From positions 165,888 to 229,887 of the forward strand of contig CAZBSI010000003.1 in NCBI GenBank assembly GCA_964494345.1: a DNA stretch of 64,000 bases, in the 5' to 3' direction. Below the pieces are notes generated by a model. It was not told where the DNA came from and did not search any database. It was given only the letters and a program-made list of their open reading frames with translations. Position 1 is the stretch's first letter. Each line of letters opens with the position of its first letter. The position numbers and the translations under genes are program-made. Positions 10,521 through 19,334 of this stretch are shown here, piece after piece. This stretch comes from an uncultured bacterium. GTDB taxonomy: Bacteria; Armatimonadota; UBA5829.

Positions 10521-10912
10521 AGCTTATATTATAACGCCCCTGATGCGTAATCGGTTACGACCAAACGCAAACAAAAAAAGGGGGTTGCGCCCGCTGTCAA
10601 GATTCGCCCAAGTATCTTGCCCACCAGAGACACAACCCCAATATCGAACGACCGCCAATCGGCTGGCTGGCCGCCGGCTCTTCGCCCAGCAAGCGAAGAG
10701 CGTACGAAAATGGGACTGCGGCAAGAGTTGAAGGTTCGCCCAAGTTCCCACGACCCCTGTCTGCCCGCCGCCCCAAAGCTAGCTTATGACTCACACAAGC
10801 TATAAATTAACGCGCCCTGGCGCTGGTTTGTTGATTCGATTCGACCGAGGCGATTTAAAGCCCGGCTTTTGTGGCCTTCGGCCACGCTTCGGCTGCGTGC
10901 AACCGGAGCAAC

Positions 10913-12790
10913 TTAACTGTAAGCTGAGATTGATATTGCCAAATCCTTTTTTTCACCGGCTGGTTTCGGCGCGATTTTGGGAGCAGTCGGTGCGTCCGGC
11001 GGCACCTTCATATACCACAACGCCTTCTCGCCGATTTCCTTAAACACAGGCGCCGCGACCGTTGCCCCCCAGTGCGAACCTCTCGGCCGGGTTACTACCA
11101 CGGCTATCACCAGCTTCGGTTTAGTGGCAGGCGCAAAACCTATGAACGAGGCGATAAACTCACCTGCTATGTAGCCGCCTTTAGGCTTGGCTATCTGCGC
11201 ACTTCCGGTCTTTCCGGCCACCGTTCTGCCTTTAATCTGAGCGGGCTTGCCGGTGCCTTCCTCCGCGCAGAGCACGAGCATTTTTGTCACCTCTGCGGCG
11301 GCCTCTTTGCTTATTACCTGTCTCGGCTCACTGCTGCTTCCGCACTCGCAGATCGTGCCATCCGGGTTTCGTATCTCTTTAATCACATAAGGCTCATGAT
11401 ATAGCCCGCCGTTGGCAATCACCCCATACGCAGCCGCCATCTGCAGCGGCGTCACCGCTATGCCCTGGCCGAAACCGATATTCGCCAACCTGATCGGTCG
11501 CCAGTCTTCCGGCGGAAGCATATATCCCACAGCCTCGCAGCCGAACCCCGCATGCGTTTTATCTATCAGACCGAAGGCCTTCTCGTAACCGTGAAGTTTC
11601 TTCGAATCCATCCTGAATGCCAGGTGCGCTGAGCCGATGTTGCAGGAATGCTGGATAATTTTATACATATCCACAGGCCCGTGACCGCTCATATAGGGCG
11701 GATGCACGCTGCAACTGATCCTGCCACCGGCGATACTCTCCCTGCGGGCGCAGTTGGTAATAATAGCTCTCGGGCTGATGCCTTCGTTGACCGCTGCCGC
11801 CACAGTTATAGCTTTCAATGTGCTGCCGGGTTCGTATAAATCCGCCACCGCGCGATTACGCCATCGCGCAGGCTCAGTCCTGGAAGTCGAGTTCGGGTCG
11901 AATCCCGGATAATTCGCCAACGCCAGAATCTCCCCGGTCGCCGGGTCCAACACAACCGCCGCTGCGCTTTCCGGCTGATAGGTCTGCGCCATACTAGACA
12001 AGGCTTCCTCAGCGATCTGCTGGATAGTCAGATCGAGCGTCAGCACGATATCCTTGCCATTAACCGGATTTTTGACCGTGCGATGAGCCTCCGGGATAGC
12101 CCTGCGCCGCGCATCGACCTCGGTGGTCATACTCCCATCGACGCCGACCAACAGATCGTTGGCGGTAAGTTCCAGCCCTTCGGCTCCTATATTATCCGCA
12201 TTTACAAAACCAAGCGCCTGTGAAGCGGCAAACCCAGCCGGGTAGATACGCTTGGATTCGTATAAAACCCCTATCCCCGGCAAACTCTCGCGAACTTCTA
12301 CTTTTTTTGTAGTTCCGCCGACTTCGCGCTCGACTACCTTTTTATAGCCCAGCCGTATTTCTCTGCCGATGCGCGGGTCCACCCGTTTTGCAATCCACAG
12401 CGTGTTTTTGTTCCCTCGCAGCTTTTTTTCGACAGACTTCGGATCCTCGCCAAGCATTTCCGCGAGCATCCGGGCCGTTTTCGGGATATCTTTAAGCTCT
12501 TTTTTGGCAGCGTATATGGTGGCCGCTTCGATGCTCACCGCAAGCACACGTTTGTCACGGTCGTAAATGGATCCTCTAAGAGCACGCAGCGGGATCGTCC
12601 TCGACGATATCCTCGCGCCCCAGTCCAGATACTGCGCCCTGTTGACCACCTGCACATAGACCAATCGCCCGATTACAGCCACATATCCGAGCGCCATCAG
12701 CCAGAAAAGACACGTTATTCGACTTATGCCAGATCCTCTGTGCCGAGAAGCCACTTCTACACCTGCTTTACTTTTAAGCAGTAAACGCAC
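10913..12790 (-). CDS. ftsI: Peptidoglycan D,D-transpeptidase (class B penicillin-binding protein)
   Basis: Has an N-terminal TM helix, a PBP dimerisation region and a transpeptidase domain with an SxxK-type motif (GSTLK) and KTG. It is 625 aa. Confidence 0.8.
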   Translation of the reverse strand: MRLLLKSKAGVEVASRHRGSGISRITCLFWLMALGYVAVIGRLVYVQVVNRAQYLDWGARISSRTIPLRALRGSIYDRDKRVLAVSIEAATIYAAKKELKDIPKTARMLAEMLGEDPKSVEKKLRGNKNTLWIAKRVDPRIGREIRLGYKKVVEREVGGTTKKVEVRESLPGIGVLYESKRIYPAGFAASQALGFVNADNIGAEGLELTANDLLVGVDGSMTTEVDARRRAIPEAHRTVKNPVNGKDIVLTLDLTIQQIAEEALSSMAQTYQPESAAAVVLDPATGEILALANYPGFDPNSTSRTEPARWRNRAVADLYEPGSTLKAITVAAAVNEGISPRAIITNCARRESIAGGRISCSVHPPYMSGHGPVDMYKIIQHSCNIGSAHLAFRMDSKKLHGYEKAFGLIDKTHAGFGCEAVGYMLPPEDWRPIRLANIGFGQGIAVTPLQMAAAYGVIANGGLYHEPYVIKEIRNPDGTICECGSSSEPRQVISKEAAAEVTKMLVLCAEEGTGKPAQIKGRTVAGKTGSAQIAKPKGGYIAGEFIASFIGFAPATKPKLVIAVVVTRPRGSHWGATVAAPVFKEIGEKALWYMKVPPDAPTAPKIAPKPAGEKKDLAISISAYS

Positions 12791-12801
12791 TTGCCGGCCG
12801 A

Positions 12802-13218
12802 TTATCTGCTCGCCACCACTTGCCGTGAAGCCAGGAAATCGTAATCAGCAGCCGGCACCATCCCCATGTTCAGCGCGTCATCTTTGAGGCGGCTGTAGCT
12901 GGATTGCTCGTCTATGAGCAGTTTCAGTCGTTCGTTTTCTTTCTGCGCCTGCCAGCGTTTCGTTTCATATTCGCTTTTTGAATAGCTCACCCGTTTTACT
13001 TTGGCGTAGAAGCCGGCATAGATAAACGGCGACGCCAGCAGACCCAACCCCAGCATAATAAAAAAGACCACACAGACTAGGCGATGAATTTTTCGCAAGG
13101 TTCGACTACGCGCACTTTTCTTTGGCTTGCGATATGCGACCGTAGTTTTTTCGACTTTAACAGCTTTTGCAGCGACAGCAGCAGCCATTCTCGTTCCCTC
13201 TCTTCTGCAATTTAGCAA
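12802..13218 (-). CDS. ftsL: FtsL-like cell division protein (single TM helix plus coiled coil)
   Basis: A small protein with one hydrophobic helix (LVCVVFFIMLGLGLLASPFIYAGF) followed by a charged coiled coil. It lies between rsmH and ftsI. The start is uncertain and is possibly M at the MAAAVAA position. Confidence 0.5.
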   Translation of the reverse strand: MLNCRREGTRMAAAVAAKAVKVEKTTVAYRKPKKSARSRTLRKIHRLVCVVFFIMLGLGLLASPFIYAGFYAKVKRVSYSKSEYETKRWQAQKENERLKLLIDEQSSYSRLKDDALNMGMVPAADYDFLASRQVVASR

Positions 13219-13242
13219 ACCACACCGTGACCCGATGCCGAA

Positions 13243-14175
13243 CTAATCCAGTTTTCTTACAGCGCGGAGTTTGGCGCTGCGACTGCGCGGGTTCTCCGCG
13301 ATCTCCTCGTCACTTGCACTCACCGGCTTACGAGTGAGTATCTCGACGCTCTTCCTGGCTCCGCATACGCACGCCGGCAGCCGCCGATCACAATCACAAA
13401 CGCCGGACAATCTTCTGAAAATCGTCTTAACAAGCCTGTCTTCCAATGAATGGAAGCTGATCGCCGCCACAACTCCGCCGCTTTTGAGAGCATCCACCGC
13501 CTCGGGAATGGCTTTCTTTATGGCGGAAAGCTCGTCATTTGCTTCAATTCTGATCCCCTGAAAGGTGCGAGTCGCAGGGTGAATATCCTGCCATCGCCCT
13601 CCGCCCGGTATCGCCGAAACGATCAAATCGGCGAGTTGTCTGGTCGTAGAAATCTTTTTTTCCTGACGCCGCGTGACAATGGCTTTCGCTATTCGGCGGG
13701 CATAGCGCTCCTCGCCGTAGTCCTTAATCACCCTTGTCAAATCGGCTTCCGAATATCCGTTTACGATATCCGCCGCGCTGAGTTCGCTTCGCCCCATCCG
13801 CATATCCAGCGGCTCATCTCTTTGAAAACTGAAGCCTCTCGGTGAATCCAACTGGTGCGATGAGACCCCAAAATCGAAAAGCGCCCCGTCGGCTTTCGAC
13901 ACTCCGCTGCGCTGCAGGATAGAAGCCAAGTCTGCAAAATTGCCCTCAAACAGCAAAAGTCGGCCTTCCATGGCCAGCAAACGCTTCCCTGCATACTCCA
14001 AGGCTTCCGGGTCTCTGTCGATACCGATCAGAGTGCCGGTCGGGCCTATTTTCTTGAGCAGTTCTTCGGCGTGTCCTCCGCCGCCGAGAGTTGCATCAAC
14101 AAAAACGCCGCCCTCTCTTGGAGCGAGCAGCGCCAGGGTTTCTTTAACCAGGACCGGTCGATGATACTCCGACAT
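13243..14175 (-). CDS. rsmH: 16S rRNA (cytosine1402-N4)-methyltransferase
   Basis: The N-terminal MSEYHRPVLVKETLALL and the motif FVDATLGGGGH are typical of RsmH/MraW. Confidence 0.85.
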   Translation of the reverse strand: MSEYHRPVLVKETLALLAPREGGVFVDATLGGGGHAEELLKKIGPTGTLIGIDRDPEALEYAGKRLLAMEGRLLLFEGNFADLASILQRSGVSKADGALFDFGVSSHQLDSPRGFSFQRDEPLDMRMGRSELSAADIVNGYSEADLTRVIKDYGEERYARRIAKAIVTRRQEKKISTTRQLADLIVSAIPGGGRWQDIHPATRTFQGIRIEANDELSAIKKAIPEAVDALKSGGVVAAISFHSLEDRLVKTIFRRLSGVCDCDRRLPACVCGARKSVEILTRKPVSASDEEIAENPRSRSAKLRAVRKLD

Positions 14176-14638
14176 CGCCCTCTCCCGGCGGAGAGATCTG
14201 CCCCAGCAGCGTCTCTCCTGAGCGGATCAGGTCTTCGACCCGTCCGTTATTTTTTTCATATTCATCAAAGGCTTCCGGCGACCACAATTCTATATATTCG
14301 CCGCAGCCGCAAATCACCACGTCTTCGACTATGCCTGCATATCGCCGGTGTTCCGGAGTCAGTTGCACTCTGTTTTGCTTATCGGTGCTGGCTTCGTTCA
14401 TACCGCTGAAAAAGTGCCGTTGCAGCCTGGCCACTTCCGGGTTCAGCAGTTGAGCGAGCGGGCTGGCGAGTTTGGTGAGTTCGTCTTCGAGTTTTCTGGC
14501 CCATTCCTGGGTGAATACGCACAGGCATCCGAGGCCTTTGGTCACATAAAATCGTGATCCGAGGTTGTTGCGCATATCCATCGGCATCACGAACCTGCCC
14601 GCCGAATCCAGATTATGCCTGTAGGTTCCTCCGAACAT
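14144..14638 (-). CDS. mraZ: Transcriptional regulator MraZ
   Basis: The N-terminus MFGGTYRHNLDSAGRFVMP and a duplicated MraZ-type repeat identify it. It is the first gene of the dcw cluster. An alternative upstream start lies at 14653. Confidence 0.8.
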   Translation of the reverse strand: MFGGTYRHNLDSAGRFVMPMDMRNNLGSRFYVTKGLGCLCVFTQEWARKLEDELTKLASPLAQLLNPEVARLQRHFFSGMNEASTDKQNRVQLTPEHRRYAGIVEDVVICGCGEYIELWSPEAFDEYEKNNGRVEDLIRSGETLLGQISPPGEGDVGVSSTGPG

Positions 14639-14716
14639 CCCCAGCCTCGTCAATTCCAGTAGATTGCCAGCTTCTAACCATCAAAATCCAAATGATCAGC
14701 TAATTAGGGTATAATC

Positions 14717-14745
14717 ACCAACAAAGTTACCAATCAGCCACCAAT
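14717..14745 (-). promoter_or_regulatory. Three direct (A)TTGGT repeats at about 11-12 bp spacing in the mraZ leader (candidate MraZ operator boxes)
   Basis: The minus-sense sequence is ATTGGTggctgATTGGTaactttgTTGGT, between the candidate promoter and mraZ. This architecture resembles the direct-repeat MraZ operators known from E. coli. Confidence 0.3.
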
Positions 14746-14760
14746 CAACTTCGTATCAAG

Positions 14761-14789
14761 AGTGTAGCAGCAGATTTCCCCTCTGTCAA
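14761..14789 (-). promoter_or_regulatory. Candidate sigma70-type promoter for mraZ/dcw (TTGACA-N17-TACACT on the minus strand)
   Basis: On the minus strand, TTGACA (14789..14784), a 17-nt spacer and TACACT (14766..14761) lie about 110 nt upstream of the mraZ start. Confidence 0.4.
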
Positions 14790-14927
14790 TGATTACGGAA
14801 AACTTTTTTCAGAATTATTATTTGTAAGGTACGGAAGTGTCGGACGTGACGAACATGCGTTCGGTTTTGCGCAGGTCCGCGCTTTGTCGCGGGAATACGG
14901 TGGGAATAATTGCGGGGTCTATACAGT

Positions 14928-14959
14928 GTAGCGGCGGGATCGACTGACCCCGCCGCTAC
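14928..14959 (-). terminator. Strong GC-rich hairpin (11-bp stem) about 20 nt downstream of the small zinc-ribbon gene; it has no clear U tract
   Basis: The hairpin is gtagcggcggg-atcgactgac-cccgccgctac, a perfect 11-bp inverted repeat. It may terminate the upstream gene or insulate the mraZ promoter. Confidence 0.3.
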
Positions 14960-14980
14960 GAGATTGCTGCAAAAGCTATC

Positions 14981-15121
14981 TTAAGCCTTGCCGATCTTGA
15001 ACATCGTTGTGCCGCACGTCGGGCAGGTACCTTTGGTCGCCGGCTTGCCGTTCTTCATGGTAACGGCCTGTGGATCTTTGATCTCCTTCTTAGCCTTGCA
15101 CTTAACGCAATATCCTTCCAT
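14981..15121 (-). CDS. Small zinc-ribbon protein (CxxC...CxxC; resembles DUF5679-type proteins)
   Basis: The 46-aa product is MEGYCVKCKAKKEIKDPQAVTMKNGKPATKGTCPTCGTTMFKIGKA. A GGAAAGGA ribosome-binding site (RBS) lies about 14 nt upstream. Confidence 0.5.
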   Translation of the reverse strand: MEGYCVKCKAKKEIKDPQAVTMKNGKPATKGTCPTCGTTMFKIGKA

Positions 15122-15356
15122 CTTTGACTCACCGTCCTTTCCTCTCGTTGTGAATCGATTATCTGTTTCGTCTACTGCACGATCGCTCGGCAAAGTTTTC
15201 CACAACCTCAAGGGTATTTCCTTCTCAACTGAGCACGTTACGAAAAAAAAGTACAGGAAAATCGCGTTTTTTGGGCATTTTGCGCCTCTCAGGCGCTAAT
15301 TGGAGCTTAAAAGACTTCAAAAAAAGAGGTTGACAAGCCCGGCTTTGTGGTATAAG

Positions 15357-15665
15357 ATGATTGCAGATACTATACCCCCCAGGGTAGTACACAGGAGGAA
15401 CAGGACAACGGATACGCAAAACGATGTCACAATCAGGCTCAAAAAAATAGAAGGCCAGGTAAGAGGTATCCGGCGAATGATAGAGGAAAACAGCCCCTGT
15501 GTCGATGTCCTGCGCCAGGTGCGAGCGGCCAGAAAAGCCTTCGATAAAGTAGGGTTTGTTATTCTCGCCGGCAAGATGAAAGAGTGTGTGACCGCAAAAG
15601 GAGATTCTGCGGAAACCGATGCGGCGATGGAAGATTATATGGAGCTATTCCTCACGTTGACTTAA
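15357..15665 (+). CDS. CsoR/RcnR/FrmR-family (DUF156) metal/thiol-responsive repressor with a Cys-x(28)-Cys fingerprint and no His at the CsoR His61 position (CstR-like)
   Basis: The sequence KKIEGQVRGIRRMIEENSPCVDVL...KMKECV aligns to the alpha1-alpha2 core of CsoR/FrmR. The ORF track's TTG at 15300 is less likely than the ATG at 15357. Confidence 0.6.
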   Translation: MIADTIPPRVVHRRNRTTDTQNDVTIRLKKIEGQVRGIRRMIEENSPCVDVLRQVRAARKAFDKVGFVILAGKMKECVTAKGDSAETDAAMEDYMELFLTLT

Positions 15666-15688
15666 TTTACTGAAAGAAGGTGTGTAGA

Positions 15689-15868
15689 ATGCCAACTTAC
15701 GAGTACAAGTGCAAAGATTGTGACGAGAAGTTTACGGTGGTGCAGCCGATTTTGTCACGGGGTAAGCGGGTTGAATGCCCGACGTGCGGCAGCGAAAACA
15801 CAGAGCGGGAAATATCGAGCTTTAACCCCGCCGGCAACTCCTGCAGTATCGACAGGAGGTTTGGTTGA
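15689..15868 (+). CDS. FmdB-family zinc-ribbon regulatory protein
   Basis: The sequence MPTYEYKCKDCDEKFTVVQPI...ECPTCGS is the FmdB signature. A GAAAGAAGG RBS lies 8 nt upstream. Confidence 0.7.
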   Translation: MPTYEYKCKDCDEKFTVVQPILSRGKRVECPTCGSENTEREISSFNPAGNSCSIDRRFG

Positions 15869-16000
15869 AGGTAAAATAGGCGCCAGTTGGCGCTTAGACC
15901 TATGATCGTGGCGGAGAAATCCGCCTCTTTTTGTGGAATGCAATATACCCCCGGAGGTATGCGAAGATTTTGAAGAGGCGATTAGGAAAGGACGGATAAC

Positions 16001-16330
16001 ATGAGTAAGGCACAGGCAGTTAATCAGGATAATTTCGATGCGGAGGTAATTAACTCCCCAATTCCGGTTTTGATCGACTTTTGGGCGGGCTGGTGTATGC
16101 CGTGTAAGATGCTGGCTCCGACAGTCGATGAGCTTGCCGCTGACTTTGAAGGCAAAATCAAGGTTGTGAAGATCGATATAGACGCTAACCCGCCGTTGGC
16201 CAGCAGATATAATGTTCGCGGTATCCCTACCCTGCTCGTGCTCAACAACGGCACCGAGATCGACAGGATAGTCGGAGTGCAGCCGAAGTCCGCGATTGCG
16301 ACGAAGTTGAACGACTTGCTTGGAGCGTGA
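16001..16330 (+). CDS. trxA: Thioredoxin
   Basis: A 109-aa protein with the WCMPCK active site (WCxPC) and a good RBS. Its stop overlaps the start of the next gene. Confidence 0.85.
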   Translation: MSKAQAVNQDNFDAEVINSPIPVLIDFWAGWCMPCKMLAPTVDELAADFEGKIKVVKIDIDANPPLASRYNVRGIPTLLVLNNGTEIDRIVGVQPKSAIATKLNDLLGA

Positions 16331-16332
16331 GT

Positions 16333-17610
16333 ATGCTCAGATTTGCGATATTGATGTTGAGTGCGAGTTTAGTGTTGGTCTCGGCAGTTGACGCCGAGAC
16401 CAACTACACTGCTCTTGATTTGAGATCAGCCACGCAGCTTGCCTTAAAACACAACCCGATGATATCGAGCGCAGGGGCCGCGGCTGATATGAACAAGGCA
16501 GGGGTTGATAAGGCGACAAGCGCCCTGCGCCCCACCCTCGACGCCGAGGCAAACTACAGTTACCTGTCCAAGGAGACGCTTTTCGGCAACACACCGATTA
16601 TGGAGCACGATACTCAGGCGAACAGGATCGTCGCTGGGCAGTTAATCTACTCCGGCGGGGCGGTACAAGCCGGGATAAAGCAGGCAAAGCAGGGTTATGC
16701 TGCGTCGAATTACGGCGCGGAGGCGGTTCGGGCCGATGTACTGACAAACGTCTCAGTAGCCTATTTCCGCGCCAGGCAGGCGGCAGAAGCAATTGACGTG
16801 GCTCAGGCGAGTGAGAAAGCATTGGCGTCGGGTTATGATGCAGCTGTGAAACTGCACGAGTCTGGTGTGGTGACTAACTCCGACGTGTTGCGTGCAAAAG
16901 TGGCATTGACGTCGGCTGAGGCTGGGGTTATCGCTGCCAAGAATAATTATGAGGTAGCCAAAGCGGCGCTGCGAACGGCGATAGGACTAGATCAAAATCA
17001 ACAGATAGATATCAACCCTGGCGCTACTGATGCGGAACTGAATATCGCTCAAGAGAAGGTCATCAGGCCGGAAGTAGCGGCAGGGGAAGCGGCAGTGCAG
17101 GCGGCAGATGCAGGGAAAGCAGCGGCAAAGGCGGCCCGGCAGCCGAATGTGACGCTGTTTGCAGATTTTTATAATCAACCGGTCGGTGCGCAATTTCCGA
17201 GGCTGACCAATACGGTTATGGCCGGGGTCATGATGAAGCTGAACGTATTTGACGGCGGGTTGACCCGTGCGAAAATTGCTGAGGCAGATGCGGCGTCTCG
17301 GAAAGCCCGTGAGGATCTGGAGGCTCAGAAGCGGCAAGTCGAATTGGAACAGCAAACCGCCGAGTTTAATCTAAACTCTGCCAAAGCCCGAGTGGAGACT
17401 ACGGCCACGCAGGTGCAGTCTGCTGAGGAAAGCCTGAGGTCACTGGAAATAGGATACAGAGAAGGCATATCATCACTGACTGACGTTTTATCCGCAGAGG
17501 CCGCGCTGACATCGGCAAGGGTGACCCGGCTGGCGGCTCTATATGATGTTAAAATTGCCCAGATTAGCCTGTTGCGGGCGTTTGGACATACCGATGAATT
17601 GACGAAGTAA
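16333..17610 (+). CDS. TolC-family outer-membrane efflux protein
   Basis: Has a signal peptide MLRFAILMLSASLVLVSAVDA and two OEP repeats rich in A/Q/L/T typical of TolC. An alternative start is the GTG at 16327. Confidence 0.8.
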   Translation: MLRFAILMLSASLVLVSAVDAETNYTALDLRSATQLALKHNPMISSAGAAADMNKAGVDKATSALRPTLDAEANYSYLSKETLFGNTPIMEHDTQANRIVAGQLIYSGGAVQAGIKQAKQGYAASNYGAEAVRADVLTNVSVAYFRARQAAEAIDVAQASEKALASGYDAAVKLHESGVVTNSDVLRAKVALTSAEAGVIAAKNNYEVAKAALRTAIGLDQNQQIDINPGATDAELNIAQEKVIRPEVAAGEAAVQAADAGKAAAKAARQPNVTLFADFYNQPVGAQFPRLTNTVMAGVMMKLNVFDGGLTRAKIAEADAASRKAREDLEAQKRQVELEQQTAEFNLNSAKARVETTATQVQSAEESLRSLEIGYREGISSLTDVLSAEAALTSARVTRLAALYDVKIAQISLLRAFGHTDELTK

Positions 17611-17632
17611 AACGGCTGTAGAGGATATTAAA

Positions 17633-17818
17633 ATGACCATAGAGAGAACGCTGCGTCTAATCGCGGGTGTATTTATATTGATCAGCGTTGGCCTGGGATA
17701 TTATGTAAGCCCATATTGGTTTCTGTTCACAGCATTTATTGGAGTAAACCTGCTTCAGTCCGGGATAACTGACTGGTGCCCAATGATGAATATATTGCGC
17801 AAGTTGGGGCTTAGATAG
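17633..17818 (+). CDS. Small two-helix membrane protein (DUF2892/YgaP-TM-like)
   Basis: The 61-aa product LIAGVFILISVGLGYYVSPYWFLFTAFIGVNLLQSGITDWCPMMNIL matches the DUF2892 pattern. Confidence 0.5.
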   Translation: MTIERTLRLIAGVFILISVGLGYYVSPYWFLFTAFIGVNLLQSGITDWCPMMNILRKLGLR

Positions 17819-17846
17819 CCGATCGCACGTCGAGTTGGAGGGAATT

Positions 17847-19334
17847 ATGGCCGGAGAAAACGGTAGACCAGCGAAGAAAAGCAAGAAGATTTTCTGGTTT
17901 GCAGGGCTGGGTATTTTAATAGTCATCATTGCAATGATGGCGAGGGGAAAGCACGCTCCTGAAGAGCCGGTTGCGGAGGCTGCGGGGATGATCGAGGCGG
18001 AGACGGTGGTGGTGAGCGCATCGAGCTTGCCGAATAACGTGTCTGCTTCGGGTACCGTGCGGCCGAACATCGAGTCCAAAATCGCGCCGAAGATTATGAG
18101 TAGCGTGGCCGCAGTTTTGGTTCGCGAAGGTGACCATGTCCGCCAGGGGCAGGTGTTAATCCGGCTTGAATCGAGGGATCTCCAGGCTCAAGTGGCGCAG
18201 GCGGAGGCCAGCGTTGCAGCGGCGATGGCGGGGTCTAACAGAGCTCAAACCGGCGCTGGTTTGCAAAAAGTGCAGACCAGCACGAGTATAGCCAACGCAG
18301 AGGCGGCATTGAAAGCGGCACAGGAACAGTTGTCCATTGTTAAAGAAGGACCAAGAAAGCAACAGCGCGCACAAGCCCAACTCGCCGTGGCACAGGCCGA
18401 GGCGCAATTCAAAAACGCGGAGCTGGAGCTTAACAGATATAAAAGATTATATGAGCAGGACGTAGTGCCGAAGCAGAGGCTGGACAGTATGCAGACTGCC
18501 TATGACATCGCGAAGGCCCAGTACGCATCTGCTAAAGAGCAATCAAGCCTGACTGAGGAAGGCTCTCGTGAGCAGGAAATAAGAGCGGCGCAGCAGCAGG
18601 TGTTGCAGGCTGAGCAGGCGCTGCGGCTGGCGAAGGCGTCCTCTGCGCAGGATTCTATGAGCGCACGCGAGGCGCAGGTCGCCGCTTCGCAGACTAAACA
18701 GGCTCGCGCAGCGCTGGAGTTCGCCAGGACTCAGTTGAGTTATGCAACTATTACGTCCCCTATTTCGGGCGTTGTGTCGGCGCGAATGGTCGACCCCGGT
18801 GACACGGTATCCCCTGGGATGCCAATTATCACGGTTCAATCTGCATCACGGCACCGGCTCGAGGCGACGGTTCCTGAAAGCGGCGTAGACGACCTGTTCG
18901 TGGGAAAGCTGGTCTCTGTGGAGTTGGGAGCGGAGAAGAGGACAGCATCGGGCAAGGTGGCGGTGATATCGCCGGCCGGGGATTCGAGCAGCCATAAGTT
19001 TCTGGTAAAAGTCGATTTGCCGGATTCGTTGAACGCGCGCACGGGGGAGTTCGGAATGATTTATTATCCTGTCGGGTTCAGCAAAGGCGTGACTATCCCT
19101 GTCGTGGCGCTTAGGGATCAGGGCGGATTGCCGGTGGTGTTTGTGATCGACAAGCAGGGGCTGGCAAGGATGCAGGCGGTTAAAGTCGGGCGAACTACCG
19201 AAAGCGGCGTTGAGATACTGTCCGGATTGCATGCAGATGATCAGGTCATCGTTAAAAACAGCGGGGTGCTGATTGATGGCGCTAGAGTCAAATTGAAGAG
19301 ATCGAGTTCGGCAGGAGATGGAGTGCAGCAATGA
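17847..19334 (+). CDS. RND efflux periplasmic adaptor (membrane fusion protein, HlyD family)
   Basis: Has an N-terminal TM anchor, a long coiled-coil hairpin and a beta-barrel region with the motif [20 protein letters not shown] precedes the ATG at 17847. Confidence 0.8.
   Translation: MAGENGRPAKKSKKIFWFAGLGILIVIIAMMARGKHAPEEPVAEAAGMIEAETVVVSASSLPNNVSASGTVRPNIESKIAPKIMSSVAAVLVREGDHVRQGQVLIRLESRDLQAQVAQAEASVAAAMAGSNRAQTGAGLQKVQTSTSIANAEAALKAAQEQLSIVKEGPRKQQRAQAQLAVAQAEAQFKNAELELNRYKRLYEQDVVPKQRLDSMQTAYDIAKAQYASAKEQSSLTEEGSREQEIRAAQQQVLQAEQALRLAKASSAQDSMSAREAQVAASQTKQARAALEFARTQLSYATITSPISGVVSARMVDPGDTVSPGMPIITVQSASRHRLEATVPESGVDDLFVGKLVSVELGAEKRTASGKVAVISPAGDSSSHKFLVKVDLPDSLNARTGEFGMIYYPVGFSKGVTIPVVALRDQGGLPVVFVIDKQGLARMQAVKVGRTTESGVEILSGLHADDQVIVKNSGVLIDGARVKLKRSSSAGDGVQQ

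Noticed and set aside
15300-15356. The ORF-track start (TTG at 15300) for the DUF156 regulator
   Set aside because: TTG has no RBS, and the extension adds 19 residues not found in CsoR-family proteins. The ATG at 15357 gives a 102-aa product of typical length.
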